This document shows positions 62,251 through 64,000 of a DNA stretch of 64,000 bases, piece after piece. This DNA comes from Takakia lepidozioides. Lineage: Eukaryota; Plantae; Bryophyta. Made by a program: the position numbers and the translations under genes. How positions within the stretch are numbered: the first letter of the stretch is position 1; every line of letters begins with the position of its first letter. The notes under the pieces were generated by a model, which made no database searches, was not told the origin of the DNA, and saw only the letters and a program-made list of their open reading frames with translations. Location: assembly GCA_030704615.1 (NCBI GenBank), contig CM060731.1, forward strand, positions 50,344,001-50,408,000, given 5' to 3'.

Positions 62251-64000
62251 TGTGGCAAACTGGGAGCAATATTGTCAGAAGAAACCACTGATACAAATCT
62301 ACAGCTTACAGGCTGTCTCTATCCTCAAAATTGGCAGCACATCACCTGCTGCTATGACATATATTGCCCTAGATACACATTGCCCTAACTGCCATCCCCC
62401 AAGATGCTACCCCCACCAGACTTATCTCACTTGGGTCCTTGCAAGGCTGACTTCCAGCTTTGACTCTGTGCGTGGGGCCTATCGGACAACATACACCAGC
62501 AAGCCCTCCCCCTATCCTGCATCAATTCATCTCAGTCTTATCAACTGCACAACGTATGATGGGAGTGAGTGCAACATGGGAAAGAGCCACAACACATGAT
62601 GAGCTGTAGGGAAGAAGCAACATCGTGCAAGTAAAGCAAATGATGAAGCAGAAAGACGAGGCAACATGGGAGAAGGGAAAATGGGGTCCAAGGGCTGAGA
62701 AGGTCAACTAGTCAACAATGAGGAACTGGCTCTGGAGCACTATGTTGATGATTAAAGGGAGCAGCAAATACATGTGGGGCATCACAGCAAAGTGCATGCC
62801 AACGAGGGTCAAAATGGTGCAAGAAAGACTCCACGGATGGTGGGCAGCCAAGGGAGATGCAGTGAGACAAGGCACTCATGGCAAGGAGCTGCCAAGACAA
62901 AACGGTTGATTAAGCTACGGAGAAAAAGGAAAGCACAAGATCAACTACGAGGAAAAGTAGCAATTCAAGCATGGGAGCTGCTGCTAAAACATGAGGAGGA
63001 AGACATACGAGGTGAAGCATCAAGGGAACCAGTAGAAGATGAGGAAGATGGGGCACACTTTCTTGTCAAAGGTTGGCAGTCGAAGAATGCAACCTAGCAA
63101 TCAGAAAGTGAGGCATCCGAGGCTGGACTGCTGCAAAGAGGTACAAAGACAGGAGCTGAGAATGAGATGTTGCCTTTCATTGAAGTTCCCCACACAAGGG
63201 CTGTTTGGCAAGCAAAACCCCAGGCAAGGATGAGAGGTGAATCTGGGATAAAACCAGCAGCTGGGAGTGAGGAAAGACACAAGGAAGGGCAGCAATACCT
63301 TGTCAAATCTGAGGGTGATGGCTGGAGAAAATTAAACAAGGACTGGAAGTATGGGAGCAGCAATCGCATGAAGAAAAATCTGCCTGAGAGGCTGAAGAGT
63401 GAAAGGGAGGAAGACAGGCACCTCGCTTATGAAAAGTGGAAGGGCAGGGTAGAAAACCTGATGCCTGAAATTGATGGGAGCTCGTGGGAGACTTGCCAAG
63501 AAGACTCCAATCAGCTGTTGCCAACAATCGGACTAGTGAAAGATCGCCCTTGGCTGGCGCAACACCACGAAATAAATGCAGCCCTGATAGCATGGTGAGT
63601 GGGGCACCAACAGAGCCAGAAAATGAGGGAGAAGGAGGAGACTTCCCTGCCAAGAAAGTCAATGACGGGCCTGCAGTGGCATGCAAGGAAAGGGACACCC
63701 TAAGTGTTGCCAACAGATGCAAATCAGTGCTCATTCATTCGAAAGCACCACGGGAGATGAAGGAAAAAACACCTGCAGGGACGTTGAAGCATAAAAGAGG
63801 AGAGCACTTCACTTGGGAAGAAAGTGAAGCATTGGAGAACGAGGCTGATGACTGGCAGTCTGAAAAGGAAAGGCGGTTGTGGGAAACCCTGCCAAGACAA
63901 CCATATGGAGAGAATCAAGCAGGTGGGAACTGCCCTTCATTGGGGTGGTGCAAACAAGAGCAAGACCAGAAGCTGAACCACATGAGAAGATAGTGTGTCA

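Overview
Eukaryotic nuclear DNA from a land plant, probably a non-seed plant or bryophyte (inferred from the PAL sequence type, the abundant PLS/DYW-PPR remnants and the TE types). I found one intact protein-coding gene: a 20-exon short (TMD0-less) ABCC/MRP transporter on the minus strand, 50458->35059, about 1,410 aa. The rest is nested transposons and pseudogenes: a 12.6-kb CACTA element with perfect TIRs and TSD (3608-16218) carrying divergently oriented TnpD-like and TnpA-like genes, two LINE families without polyA tails, L1, Copia and SINE remnants, a foldback element, a PAL fragment and a DYW-PPR pseudogene. The most interesting signal is hidden from the ORF track because introns split it. 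A ~550-bp, two-intron repeat unit occurs at five places (2.7, 16.9-17.6, 26.2, 27.7-28.3 and 61.0-62.1 kb). When spliced it encodes EKLWNEYFSDPSQWWDNRGKK|IHPRGPDFKHKITYDSLWINSYKKPAWVDGQL, the PDF ssDNA-binding motif of plant organellar OSB proteins. It forms tandem arrays next to PLS-class PPR sequence, and at 16.8-17.0 kb it lies directly upstream of a PPR array start. This suggests a PDF-PPR fusion gene family. All copies in this window are degenerate.
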